From NCBI GenBank assembly GCA_902567115.1, contig CACFLF010000001.1, positions 13,029-77,028 on the forward strand: 64,000 nucleotides of DNA. Direction: 5' to 3'. Position 1 is the first letter of the stretch. The number at the start of each line of letters is the position of its first letter. This DNA is from an uncultured Alphaproteobacteria bacterium (GTDB lineage: Bacteria; Pseudomonadota; Alphaproteobacteria; Methylaequorales; Methylaequoraceae). A program made the translations under genes and the position numbers. Below are positions 50,389-59,844 of the stretch, piece by piece. Below the pieces are notes generated by a model. It was given only the letters and a program-made list of their open reading frames with translations. It did no database searches and had not been told where the DNA came from.

Positions 50389-50907
50389 ATGAAGAATAAG
50401 TTAAATTTTTTTATTATAATATTTTTGTTTTCTTTTGTAAGTAATATTTCATTAGCAAAGGACAATAAAAATAGAATCGCCCTTGGTGGAGGAATTTATA
50501 ATTTTATGAAACATGGAAGTGATGATTTCAATCAATCCTCGATAGCTTATAATTTTGAATATTTCTCAAAAAAAAAGGCATTTGGATTTATCAAGCCACT
50601 TTTAGGCTTTCTTGGAACGACTGAAAATGCTTATTATGGCTACTTTGGATTATCAACTGATCTTTATTTCTTTGATTGTAAATGCTTTTTGCTATCCCCG
50701 AGTTTAGCAGTAGGTGGGTATGAAGATGGAGATCAAATTAGACTAGGACATACATTAGAATTTAGAAGTGGTGGGGATATTTCATTCAGATTTAGAAACA
50801 ATGTAAGGGTAGGCGTTGGCATTTTTCATATTTCTAATGCAGGTTTGGGTTATAGAAATCCTGGTTCTGAACAAATAATTTTTAAATATCATATACCGTT
50901 TAATTAA
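50389..50907 (+). CDS. PagL-like lipid A 3-O-deacylase / acyloxyacyl-hydrolase-family outer-membrane beta-barrel, copy 1 (start re-called to ATG 50389)
   Basis: Signal peptide MKNKLNFFIIIFLFSFVSNISLA; C-terminal VGVGIFHISNAG carries the H-x-S-N catalytic dyad arrangement of PagL; ~170 aa barrel-sized. Confidence 0.55.
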   Translation: MKNKLNFFIIIFLFSFVSNISLAKDNKNRIALGGGIYNFMKHGSDDFNQSSIAYNFEYFSKKKAFGFIKPLLGFLGTTENAYYGYFGLSTDLYFFDCKCFLLSPSLAVGGYEDGDQIRLGHTLEFRSGGDISFRFRNNVRVGVGIFHISNAGLGYRNPGSEQIIFKYHIPFN

Positions 50908-50909
50908 TT

Positions 50910-51428
50910 ATGAAAAATTTCAAACCAATTTACATATTTGTCTTTATAATTTTGATGATTTCGTCGAACGTATGTGCAAAGGATTCATCTAGATTTTCAG
51001 TTGGTTTGGGAATTTTTAATTACATGGAGGATGGATCTCCGCCTCATAACGACCAATCTGGTATGATAAATCTTGAACTTCACAGTGGAAGAAAAATGTT
51101 CAATTTAATTAAGCCTTTTGCTGGATTTTTGGGAACCAATGAAAATGCATATTATGCATATGGAGGATTTGGTATAGATGGTTATTATGGAAAAAAAAAG
51201 AATTTTGTTGTAACTCCTAGTTTAGCCTGTGGGTATTACAAAGATGGAAACGAAATAAAGGCTGGAAATCCTTTAGAGTTTTATATTGGAATTGATATGT
51301 TCTACAGATTTAAAAATAATGCGAGAATAGGAGTTGGTATTTTTCATATTTCAAACGCTGATAGCGGTAAAAAGAATCCAGGCTCAGAGACCTTAGTTTT
51401 AAAATATCAAATTCCTATGGGAAGGTAA
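50910..51428 (+). CDS. PagL-like lipid A 3-O-deacylase family protein, copy 2 (tandem paralog)
   Basis: Paralogous to copy 1 (GIFNYMEDGS.., GFLGTNENAYYAYGGFG.., IGVGIFHISNADSG); 2-nt spacing from copy 1. Confidence 0.55.
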   Translation: MKNFKPIYIFVFIILMISSNVCAKDSSRFSVGLGIFNYMEDGSPPHNDQSGMINLELHSGRKMFNLIKPFAGFLGTNENAYYAYGGFGIDGYYGKKKNFVVTPSLACGYYKDGNEIKAGNPLEFYIGIDMFYRFKNNARIGVGIFHISNADSGKKNPGSETLVLKYQIPMGR

Positions 51429-51432
51429 AAGT

Positions 51433-51508
51433 GGTCTTATAGTTAAACTGGATATAACAAATCCCTCCTAAGGATTAATTTCTGGTTCGAGTCCAGATAA
51501 GATCACCA
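51433..51508 (+). tRNA. tRNA-Arg (anticodon CCT), 76 nt, CCA encoded
   Basis: Manually folded. Acceptor GGTCTTA/TAAGATC (one G-U pair); D stem GTTA/TAAC; anticodon stem AATCC/GGATT with loop CTCCTAA (U33, anticodon CCT, A37); T stem TCTGG/CCAGA with loop TTCGAGT (T54 T55 C56 A58); discriminator A; CCA. Not in the ORF track. Confidence 0.9.
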
Positions 51509-51517
51509 AATAAGAAA

Positions 51518-52126
51518 ATGAAGCATGAAATAAAAAATTTTTTTCTATCGCAGATTAATGAGCACGTGTTGGTTATAGAAAAAACAAAGTCAAGTGTTGA
51601 GAGCAATTTCCTAAATCTTGTAAATATTTGTGTCAAATCCCTAAAAAATCGGAAGAAAATTATTTTTTTCGGAAACGGAGGGAGTGCATCAGACGCACAA
51701 CATTTGTCTACAGAGCTTACTGTTAGATTCTGTGAAAATAGAAAGTCAATCCCAGCCATATCTTTAGTAACAGATACATCCGCAATATCTGCCATCGGCA
51801 ACGATTATGGGTTTAAGTATATTTTTTCTAGGCAACTTGAAGCAATTGGACAAGCTGGAGACGTAGCCATTGGAATAACAACTTCTGGCAAAAGTCAGAA
51901 TGTTTTGGAAGGTCTTAAATATGCCAAAGAGAATAAAATGAAATCAGTCGCTTTTACGGGAAGAAATATAAAAAAGATTGAAAAAATAACAGACGAGATT
52001 ATATCAATACCTGCTAAGAACACTTCAAGGATTCAAGAAGCTCACATTTTAATTGGCCAAATGTTATGCAACGCTTTGGAGTTTCAGTTAGGTCTTTCAC
52101 CACTTGTAAATGAAGAAAAATTTTAA
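51518..52126 (+). CDS. gmhA: SIS-domain phosphoheptose isomerase (GmhA) / DiaA-like protein
   Basis: FFGNGGSASDAQHLSTEL and SIS domain; 202 aa. Confidence 0.75.
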   Translation: MKHEIKNFFLSQINEHVLVIEKTKSSVESNFLNLVNICVKSLKNRKKIIFFGNGGSASDAQHLSTELTVRFCENRKSIPAISLVTDTSAISAIGNDYGFKYIFSRQLEAIGQAGDVAIGITTSGKSQNVLEGLKYAKENKMKSVAFTGRNIKKIEKITDEIISIPAKNTSRIQEAHILIGQMLCNALEFQLGLSPLVNEEKF

Positions 52127-52805
52127 TAAAAAAATGTCTTTAAAAATCCTAGCTAAACTTATTTTTGTCTTACTCATAGCTTCATGTAATTTAGACTCTA
52201 ATTATTTTCCACACAATGAAGGTAAAAAAATTTTTTACGATGTTTTTTTTGAAGACAAAGAAAAAACAAAAAAATCTTACAGACAGAGTTTTTATTTTCT
52301 ACCTAAAGTAAATAATGCAATACCAGTTCTGAAAAATGATGGAGAAATAACTTTCTATGTTTTTGGGGACGAGGGCATTTTTAAAAAAAACACTACTGAT
52401 TTTTTTTCTACAAATGAGAATGATGATAAACAACTGCTCATAGCCTTTCCAATTGTTAAGAACACCCAATGGGAAACAAATGATAAAACTAGCCTGCAGA
52501 TGAAATTAGGTTATGACCGGATATACGATACAAATCTGCCTTTTAAATTAACAAATAAAATTGAAAGCATTAATGAGACAGTTTCAATTGATGGAAAAAA
52601 AATTAAAAATTGTATAAAGATTTCAGGTTATGGCAATACGAGTTACAACCCTGGACCTCCACTGGATGTCATAAATATTGAAGTTTTTTCTACTACATGG
52701 TTTGCTAAAGATTATGGTCTTATAAAGTACATAAGGGAAGAAAAATCCGATTCAGAAACAATGGGTAAAATCTTTTACGAAAAAAATATGTTAATAAATG
52801 ATTGA
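52110..52805 (+). CDS. Hypothetical lipoprotein
   Basis: Lipobox LIASC after a basic/hydrophobic N-terminus; 231 aa; overlaps gmhA by 17 nt; no recognised domain. Confidence 0.5.
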   Translation: MKKNFNKKMSLKILAKLIFVLLIASCNLDSNYFPHNEGKKIFYDVFFEDKEKTKKSYRQSFYFLPKVNNAIPVLKNDGEITFYVFGDEGIFKKNTTDFFSTNENDDKQLLIAFPIVKNTQWETNDKTSLQMKLGYDRIYDTNLPFKLTNKIESINETVSIDGKKIKNCIKISGYGNTSYNPGPPLDVINIEVFSTTWFAKDYGLIKYIREEKSDSETMGKIFYEKNMLIND

Positions 52806-52847
52806 ATAACTATATTATATTAATATCAGTATACTTGATTAATTATA

Positions 52848-55800
52848 ATGAGAATGTTTAAAAGATCCAAAAAAGGTCTTTATGACCCAAAGAATGAAAA
52901 AGATTCCTGCGGAATCGGCTTTGTCGCGAATATTTTTGACATCCCCTCCAGAAAAATAGTAGAAAACGCTTTGAAGGTTTTGGGTAATCTGACTCATCGC
53001 GGTGCAGTGAGCGCAGACCCAAAAGCTGGAGATGGGGTAGGTATTTTGGTTCAGATACCTCATCAATTTTTTCAGGGCGAACTATCAAAGAAAAATATAA
53101 TTCTCCCTAGACCAGATGATTATGCAATTGGCATGTTTTTCTTACCACGAGACCAAGAAGAAAAACAACACTGCATCAATGTAATCGATAAGTATCTTAC
53201 AAAACTGAAGCTTGAAAACCTTTTTATTAGAGAGGTTCCTAGAAACAATAGTGTTCTTGGTGAGTCAATCAAAGGTAATGAGCCATCAGTCATTCAGATA
53301 TTTATAAAGCAAAAATTTCAAGCTAGCAAAATTAATGAATTTGAACAAAGACTCTTTATTGCAAGGAGAAGAATTGAAATTGAACTCAAATCTTTTGATT
53401 TCTATATTTCTTCGCTATCAAGTAGAGTTATTGTTTACAAAGGGATGATTATGTCTGATAGTCTTAAGGACTACTATTTAGACTTAAAAGACGAAATGTT
53501 TATTTCCTCACTTGCTATTGTTCATCAAAGGTTCTCAACAAATACATTCCCAAGTTGGGAATTAGCTCAACCTTTCAGATTTTTATGTCACAATGGTGAA
53601 ATCAACACATTGAGAGGTAATGCAAATTGGATGAATGCAAGAGCTTCAGTTTCAAATTCTGACTTTTTTTTAAAAGAGTTTCAAAATTTGAATCCATTAA
53701 TTTTTGATGGTTTGTCAGATTCTGCTGCCTTTGATAATGCTCTTGAATTTTTAATGATGGGAGGCTACAGCATCGAACATGCAATGATGCTGTTAATACC
53801 AGAAGCCTGGGAAAAAAATATTCAGAATTCTTCTATGAAAGATTATTACGAATATTATTCTAATTATATAGAGCCGTGGGACGGACCGGCAGCTATGTGT
53901 TTTACTAATGGGAAAAAAATTGGGGCTATTCTTGATAGAAATGGTTTGAGACCGTCAAGATACGTTCAAACTGACGATGGCATGATCCTTCTTTCATCTG
54001 AAATGGGAGTCTTAGATATTGATCCAAAAACGGTTGTAAAAAGATGGAGACTCGAACCTGGAAAGATCTTTCTTATAGATTTAATTGAAAAAAGAGTTAT
54101 TGATAACGAAGAGATAAAATCTAAATTATCAGCAAAATATGATTACAGAAAGTCGCTAGATAAATCACAGATTTTTCTTGATGATTTGGAAACTGGAGAT
54201 GAAACCACTTTTTTAGAAGAAGATGCTTTAAAAAAGATGCAAGTTTGCTTTGGTTATACAAAGGAGGACATTAATTTCTTTATAGAGCCTATCCTAAAAC
54301 TCGGTATTGAACCAATAGGTTCAATGGGTACAGATACCCCAATATCACTTCTTTCAGACAAACCAAAGCTTCTCTTTTCTTACTTTAAACAATGTTTTGC
54401 ACAAGTCACTAACCCACCAATCGATCCTATTAGAGAAGAACTTGTTATGTCCCTTGATATGACACTTGGAGAAAAACCAAATATTTTTGATTCACCGGAG
54501 CAAAACACTAATGCAAGACTAGAGTTAAAGCAGCCTATTTTAACCAACACAGATATTTCTAAAATCAAGAATATTGAAAACAACACCAAAGGAAAACTTA
54601 AAGCGTCTGTCATAGATATTCTGTTTAAAAATTCAACCAAAGAAATTGAATTAAGAGATGCACTTGAGAGAATCTGTTTCGAGGCTAAATCACAAATTCT
54701 AGACGGGTCAAATATTTTAATTCTTTCTGATAAAAATGTTTCCAAGGTAAATGCTCCAGTTCCTTCTTTATTAGCCGTTTCTGCAATTCATCATTACTTA
54801 ATAAAGGAAGGTTTGCGAATGAAGACAAGTTTGGTAATAGAAACCGGAGAAGCTAGAGAGCTTCATCACTTCGCAGTTTTATTTGGATATGGAGCTGAGG
54901 CCATAAATCCTTACTTAGTTTTTGATACGATACACGACTTAGTAGACGACAAAAACTACAATGTGTCTGAGAACAATTTTATAAAAGCATCCGGCAAAGC
55001 GATTCAAAAAATAATGTCAAAAATGGGAATATCTACTCTTAAATCATATTGTGGAGCTCAAATTTTTGATGCTGTTGGAATCTCAGAAGATGTGATTGAT
55101 AAATATTTTCCAGGTACTGCCACCTTAATTGGTGGTTTGACTCTTCGACAAATAAAAGAAGAGACAATAAACAGATACTCACAATCATCTTTAATAAATA
55201 AAGAAACCACGAACTTAGATGTGGGAGGTGAATATGCTTTTAGAATAAGAGGAGAAAAACATGCTTGGTCACCAAAAACTATTACTAATCTTCAAAAAGC
55301 TGTAAGAATAAATTCTAAAGAATCATTTAAAGAGTTCTCTGATAAAATTAATGACCACAATAAATCGATGTTCACAATCAGAAGTCTGTTTGAGTTTGAA
55401 AAGCGCCGATCAATCCCATTAAAAAATGTCGAACCAGCGGGCGAGATTGTTAAAAGATTTTCTACAGGCGCAATGTCATATGGATCAATTTCACGAGAAG
55501 CCCACACAACCCTTGCATTAGCAATGAATAGAATTGGCGGTAAATCTAATACTGGAGAGGGTGGAGAGGAACCAGAACGATTTATAACACTAAAAAATGG
55601 TGATTCAATGAAAAGTGCTATCAAGCAGGTAGCTTCAGGAAGGTTTGGAGTTACAACAGAATATTTAGTAAATGCTAAAGATATTCAGATAAAAATTAGC
55701 CAGGGAGCAAAGCCAGGTGAAGGTGGACAACTTCCAGGTCATAAAGTAGATGATAAGATAGCAAGTGTTAGACACTCAACACCTGGTGTTGGTTTGATCT

Positions 55801-57413
55801 CTCCACCTCCCCACCACGACATCTATTCCATAGAGGACTTGGCACAGCTAATTTACGACCTTAAAAATGTAAATCAACAAGCTAGAATTAGCGTAAAATT
55901 AGTGTCTGAATTTGGAGTTGGAGTTGTTGCTGCTGGGGTTACTAAATGTAAAGCTGACCATATAACAATCGCTGGATACGACGGGGGAACTGGTGCATCT
56001 CCTCTTACATCAATTAAAAACGCAGGTACACCATGGGAACTTGGTTTGGCAGAAACGCATCAGACTCTTGTAATGAATAAATTAAGAAACAGAATTTCTC
56101 TTCAAGTTGATGGCGGTTTGAAAACAGGTAGGGATGTTGTTGTCGGTGCATTGCTGGGCGCTGACGAATTTGGATTTTCTACGGCTCCTCTGGTTTCAGT
56201 TGGATGTATAATGATGAGAAAATGTCATTTAAATACATGTCCTGTAGGTATAGCAACTCAAAATGAATTATTAAGGAAGAAGTTTCAAGGTACGCCAGAG
56301 CATGTCATTAACTATTTCTTCCTTGTTGCAGAGGAGGTAAGAGAAATTATGTCTGAACTAGGAATTGAAAAATTCGAGGACCTAATTGGTAGATCAGAGC
56401 TTATGACTAAAAATAAAGCTATTGAGCATTGGAAAGCTAAGAACATTGATCTATCCAAGATCTTATACAAACCAGAATTTGAGTGTAGAGATGAGGTGTT
56501 TAATTCATCAGAGCAGAATCACGATCTGGATGAAGTGCTAGACGTAAAACTTATACATGAAAGTAGCCCAGTAATTGAAAAAAAGGTTTCAACCATTACC
56601 ATAAATAAGTTAGTGAAGAATACCGACAGAAGTCTTGGAGCCATGCTCTCTGGTGTCATTGCTAAAAAATTCGGTCACAAAGGACTCAGAGAAGATTCAA
56701 TAGTTATTAATCTTGAAGGAACTGCAGGACAAAGTTTAGGAACATTTCTATCTTCAGGCATTACAATCTCCTTGTCTGGTGAGGGAAACGATTACGTGGG
56801 CAAAGGTCTTTCTGGCGGCAAAATAATAATCAGACCATTCAAAGACTCAACCTATAAGCCAGAAAAGAATATTATAGTTGGTAATACAGTCTTGTACGGA
56901 GCAATTTCGGGTGAATGTTATTTTTCAGGAATGGCTGGTGAAAGGTTTGCTGTTCGAAATTCTGGAGCTATAGCTGTTGTTGAGGGTACCGGTGATCATT
57001 GCTGTGAGTACATGACAGGTGGTGTGATTATGGTGCTTGGAAATACAGGTGTAAATTTTGGTGCTGGTATGAGCGGTGGCATTGCTTATGTCTATCAAAA
57101 AGAGAAGGATTTTAAAAATAAATGTAACCTGTCTATGGTAAACATCTTAGGCGTCAAAAAAAGTAAACACATTTTACCTGAAAAACTTTTTGACAAGTAT
57201 AATTTTCTATTTAATGATGAATTAAGGATAAAAGAAATGCTAAAAAAACATCTTAATTATACTGGTTCATCAGTTGCAGAATCAATACTTGATAATTTTG
57301 AAAACGAACTCAAGAATTTCGTAAAAATCCTTCCTATAGATTTTGAAAATGTTTTATTAGAAAGGATTAGCAAAGAAACAGATTCCAAGGTAATAAATTT
57401 ATGGCAAAAGTAA
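52848..57413 (+). CDS. gltB: Glutamate synthase (NADPH) large subunit
   Basis: 1521 aa. N-terminal amidotransferase Cys (DSCGIGFVAN), FMN/Fe-S central domain and GXGXG C-terminal domain, all GltB-typical. Confidence 0.95.
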   Translation: MRMFKRSKKGLYDPKNEKDSCGIGFVANIFDIPSRKIVENALKVLGNLTHRGAVSADPKAGDGVGILVQIPHQFFQGELSKKNIILPRPDDYAIGMFFLPRDQEEKQHCINVIDKYLTKLKLENLFIREVPRNNSVLGESIKGNEPSVIQIFIKQKFQASKINEFEQRLFIARRRIEIELKSFDFYISSLSSRVIVYKGMIMSDSLKDYYLDLKDEMFISSLAIVHQRFSTNTFPSWELAQPFRFLCHNGEINTLRGNANWMNARASVSNSDFFLKEFQNLNPLIFDGLSDSAAFDNALEFLMMGGYSIEHAMMLLIPEAWEKNIQNSSMKDYYEYYSNYIEPWDGPAAMCFTNGKKIGAILDRNGLRPSRYVQTDDGMILLSSEMGVLDIDPKTVVKRWRLEPGKIFLIDLIEKRVIDNEEIKSKLSAKYDYRKSLDKSQIFLDDLETGDETTFLEEDALKKMQVCFGYTKEDINFFIEPILKLGIEPIGSMGTDTPISLLSDKPKLLFSYFKQCFAQVTNPPIDPIREELVMSLDMTLGEKPNIFDSPEQNTNARLELKQPILTNTDISKIKNIENNTKGKLKASVIDILFKNSTKEIELRDALERICFEAKSQILDGSNILILSDKNVSKVNAPVPSLLAVSAIHHYLIKEGLRMKTSLVIETGEARELHHFAVLFGYGAEAINPYLVFDTIHDLVDDKNYNVSENNFIKASGKAIQKIMSKMGISTLKSYCGAQIFDAVGISEDVIDKYFPGTATLIGGLTLRQIKEETINRYSQSSLINKETTNLDVGGEYAFRIRGEKHAWSPKTITNLQKAVRINSKESFKEFSDKINDHNKSMFTIRSLFEFEKRRSIPLKNVEPAGEIVKRFSTGAMSYGSISREAHTTLALAMNRIGGKSNTGEGGEEPERFITLKNGDSMKSAIKQVASGRFGVTTEYLVNAKDIQIKISQGAKPGEGGQLPGHKVDDKIASVRHSTPGVGLISPPPHHDIYSIEDLAQLIYDLKNVNQQARISVKLVSEFGVGVVAAGVTKCKADHITIAGYDGGTGASPLTSIKNAGTPWELGLAETHQTLVMNKLRNRISLQVDGGLKTGRDVVVGALLGADEFGFSTAPLVSVGCIMMRKCHLNTCPVGIATQNELLRKKFQGTPEHVINYFFLVAEEVREIMSELGIEKFEDLIGRSELMTKNKAIEHWKAKNIDLSKILYKPEFECRDEVFNSSEQNHDLDEVLDVKLIHESSPVIEKKVSTITINKLVKNTDRSLGAMLSGVIAKKFGHKGLREDSIVINLEGTAGQSLGTFLSSGITISLSGEGNDYVGKGLSGGKIIIRPFKDSTYKPEKNIIVGNTVLYGAISGECYFSGMAGERFAVRNSGAIAVVEGTGDHCCEYMTGGVIMVLGNTGVNFGAGMSGGIAYVYQKEKDFKNKCNLSMVNILGVKKSKHILPEKLFDKYNFLFNDELRIKEMLKKHLNYTGSSVAESILDNFENELKNFVKILPIDFENVLLERISKETDSKVINLWQK

Positions 57414-58846
57414 CAGGATTTTTAGAACACGATAGAGCTGAAAGTAAATCGGTAGCTCCAAAATCTCGGTTGAGAAATTTTAATGAGTTTGTTCTTCCAT
57501 TTCCTGAAAAAACATTAAACGAGCAAGCATCTCGCTGTATGGATTGCGGAATTCCTTACTGCCACGACTCGTGTCCAATTAACAACATTATTCCAGAATG
57601 GAATAATCTTGTTTATGAAAAGGATTGGAAAATAGCACTAGATGTTCTTCATTCAACTAACAATTTTCCAGAATTTACAAGTAGAATATGTCCTGCTCCT
57701 TGTGAGGCAGCATGCACACTTAACATAGAGGACAGTCCTGTAACAATTAAAAGTATTGAAAGATCCATCATTGACAAAGCTTACGAAAACGGGTGGATAC
57801 TTCCAGTAATTAATAACAAAAAAACTCACAAAAAAATTGCAGTTATTGGTTCTGGCCCAGCTGGTCTTGCTTGTTCACAGCAGCTTGCAAGGGCTGGACA
57901 TGACGTTAAATTATTTGAAAAAAATGACAGAATAGGTGGGTTGTTAAGATATGGAATTCCTAATTTTAAAATGGAAAAACATCTCATTGATAATAGAATT
58001 GAGCAGATGAAGCTTGAAGGAGTTTCGTTCGAATGTAATGTCAAAATAGGAGAGGATATATCTATGAATAGATTGCTCAAAGATTTTGATGCTATAGTTT
58101 TGGCTTGTGGTTCTGAACAACCAAGAGACTTGAAAATTCCTGGAAGAGATTTGAAAGGAATTCACTTTGCAATGGACTTTCTAACTCGTCAAAATAAAAT
58201 TTGCGAAGGAGACAAAATTGAGATAGAACCAGAGTTCTCCGCTAAGAACAAAAACGTTATTGTTATCGGTGGAGGTGACACTGGTTCGGACTGCATTGGA
58301 ACATCAAATCGTCAAGGTGCAAAATCAGTAACCCAACTTGAAATTTTAGAAAAACCTCCTGCTAAAGAAAACAAGATGTTAACCTGGCCAAACTGGCCTC
58401 TAAAGTTAAGAACTTCATCATCACACGAAGAAGGTGCAAATAGAAATTGGAGTGTTTCAACAAAGCTTTTTAATGGTCAGAAAAATGTAGAGAGTTTGAC
58501 CCTGAAAAAAGTTGAATGGAAAAAAAATGAGGAAGGACAAATGGTCATTAAAGACAGTCAAGGTAAAGAATCTGAAGTTGAGTTGAAAGCTGATTTAGTT
58601 TTATTAGCCATGGGTTTTATTCATCCTATTCAAGACAAACTTATAAAAGATTCAGGAATTAAACTTGATGAAAGAGGCAATGTTGAAGCAAATGATATTG
58701 ATTATAAAACTAATATAAAAAAGGTGTTTGTTTCTGGAGACATGAGAAGAGGACAATCTTTAGTTGTTTGGGCAATAAAAGAAGGAAGACAAGTAGCTCA
58801 TAATGTTGACAAATTTTTGATGGGAACTACAAAACTTCCCTTTTGA
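57401..58846 (+). CDS. gltD: Glutamate synthase small subunit
   Basis: Fe-S Cys clusters (CMDCGIPYCHDSCP), FAD/NAD motifs (IAVIGSGPAGL, VIGGGDTGSDC); 481 aa; overlaps gltB by 13 nt. Confidence 0.92.
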   Translation: MAKVTGFLEHDRAESKSVAPKSRLRNFNEFVLPFPEKTLNEQASRCMDCGIPYCHDSCPINNIIPEWNNLVYEKDWKIALDVLHSTNNFPEFTSRICPAPCEAACTLNIEDSPVTIKSIERSIIDKAYENGWILPVINNKKTHKKIAVIGSGPAGLACSQQLARAGHDVKLFEKNDRIGGLLRYGIPNFKMEKHLIDNRIEQMKLEGVSFECNVKIGEDISMNRLLKDFDAIVLACGSEQPRDLKIPGRDLKGIHFAMDFLTRQNKICEGDKIEIEPEFSAKNKNVIVIGGGDTGSDCIGTSNRQGAKSVTQLEILEKPPAKENKMLTWPNWPLKLRTSSSHEEGANRNWSVSTKLFNGQKNVESLTLKKVEWKKNEEGQMVIKDSQGKESEVELKADLVLLAMGFIHPIQDKLIKDSGIKLDERGNVEANDIDYKTNIKKVFVSGDMRRGQSLVVWAIKEGRQVAHNVDKFLMGTTKLPF

Positions 58847-58896
58847 AGATAATAAAATATTTATTTTAACTTAAAAGTAAAACATCTAAAGCTCAG

Positions 58897-59637
58897 TTGA
58901 CTATGAATGACAAAATGTCTTTTTTACTTACAAGTTGTGGAAGGCTAGATCTATTAGATAGAACTCTAGCGAGTTTTTTTAAATTTAATAACTTTCCATT
59001 AGAAGAACTTTACTTAACCGAAGATTCTGCAAATCAAGACGTATACAATCAAATTAATAAAAAATGGGGAAAAAAGCTTAACATTCTTTTCAGTAAAAAG
59101 AAAAAGGGTCAGATAAAATCAATTGTTGACGCATATAAGTTAATTAAGACACCTTATATTTTTCATTGCGAGGATGATTGGGTATATAAAAGGAAAAATT
59201 TTATTCAAGATTCACTAAAGGTTTTAGACTATGATTCCAAGATTATCCAAGTGTGGCTTGAAAGTCAAAAAAGTGCAAGTAGGCTTGATATTTTTAGTTA
59301 CGGCCCTTTAAAAAAACACAAAGGAGTTGAATTTAGAGAAGTATATTGTAAAGAAGGCTGGGAATGGGGATACTTCTCATTTAGACCTGGAGTTAAAAGG
59401 ATGAAAGACTACAAATTAATTGGAGGATATGAAAAATATAAGAATGAACTGGATATCGGTGTTACGTACAAAAAGCTTGGTTACTACACTGTAATTTTAG
59501 AAAAAGACGCTGTTGAAGATATTGGCTTGGACCAAACTATATTTGATCCAACTAGAAAGTGGCCCAAACGAAGGAAAACCAATGCTCCCACAGGTTTGAA
59601 AAGACTATGGAAGCATTTAAAAAATTTTAGGTTTTAA
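58897..59637 (+). CDS. Hypothetical protein, possibly a nucleotide-diphospho-sugar transferase-fold enzyme
   Basis: 246 aa; FLLTSCGRLDLLDRTLASF N-terminus and an EDD triad (HCEDDW) are reminiscent of GT-A fold transferases; weak. Confidence 0.35.
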   Translation: MTMNDKMSFLLTSCGRLDLLDRTLASFFKFNNFPLEELYLTEDSANQDVYNQINKKWGKKLNILFSKKKKGQIKSIVDAYKLIKTPYIFHCEDDWVYKRKNFIQDSLKVLDYDSKIIQVWLESQKSASRLDIFSYGPLKKHKGVEFREVYCKEGWEWGYFSFRPGVKRMKDYKLIGGYEKYKNELDIGVTYKKLGYYTVILEKDAVEDIGLDQTIFDPTRKWPKRRKTNAPTGLKRLWKHLKNFRF

Positions 59638-59642
59638 TATAA

Positions 59643-59777
59643 CTATTGTTTTTTATTTTTTTGGCGTTCTTCATATATAGCAAGTTTGGCTTTATAATCA
59701 GTTTCTGAGAGGCTGTGCCAACCTATACAAAAGCCTGTGGGTGATCTTCCACAACCACATTCATTTTTATTGTTCAT
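59643..59777 (-). CDS. CDGSH-like Cys-rich mini-protein (44 aa); not in ORF track
   Basis: My own translation of the minus strand: MNNKNECGCGRSPTGFCIGWHSLSETDYKAKLAIYEERQKNKKQ*. It is preceded by a strong RBS (TAGGAGA 7 nt upstream of the ATG). C-x-C-x2-S-x4-C-x-G-x-H resembles the CDGSH iron-sulfur/zinc-finger motif (C-x-C-x2-S-x3-P-x-CDGSH) with substitutions. Confidence 0.5.
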   Translation of the reverse strand: MNNKNECGCGRSPTGFCIGWHSLSETDYKAKLAIYEERQKNKKQ

Positions 59778-59844
59778 ACTATTCTCCTATCAATGATATA
59801 GTACCACTTTATCAAAAAAGAAGAGTTATTTTTTATTAAAATTT

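Noticed and set aside
51475-51801. 108-aa minus-strand ORF
   Set aside because: It overlaps the tRNA-Arg and is antisense to gmhA; spurious.
52806-52847. TATAAT hexamer directly abutting the gltB start as a promoter
   Set aside because: It is too close (1-2 nt) to the ATG to be a functional -10 for this gene. It is likely chance in AT-rich DNA.
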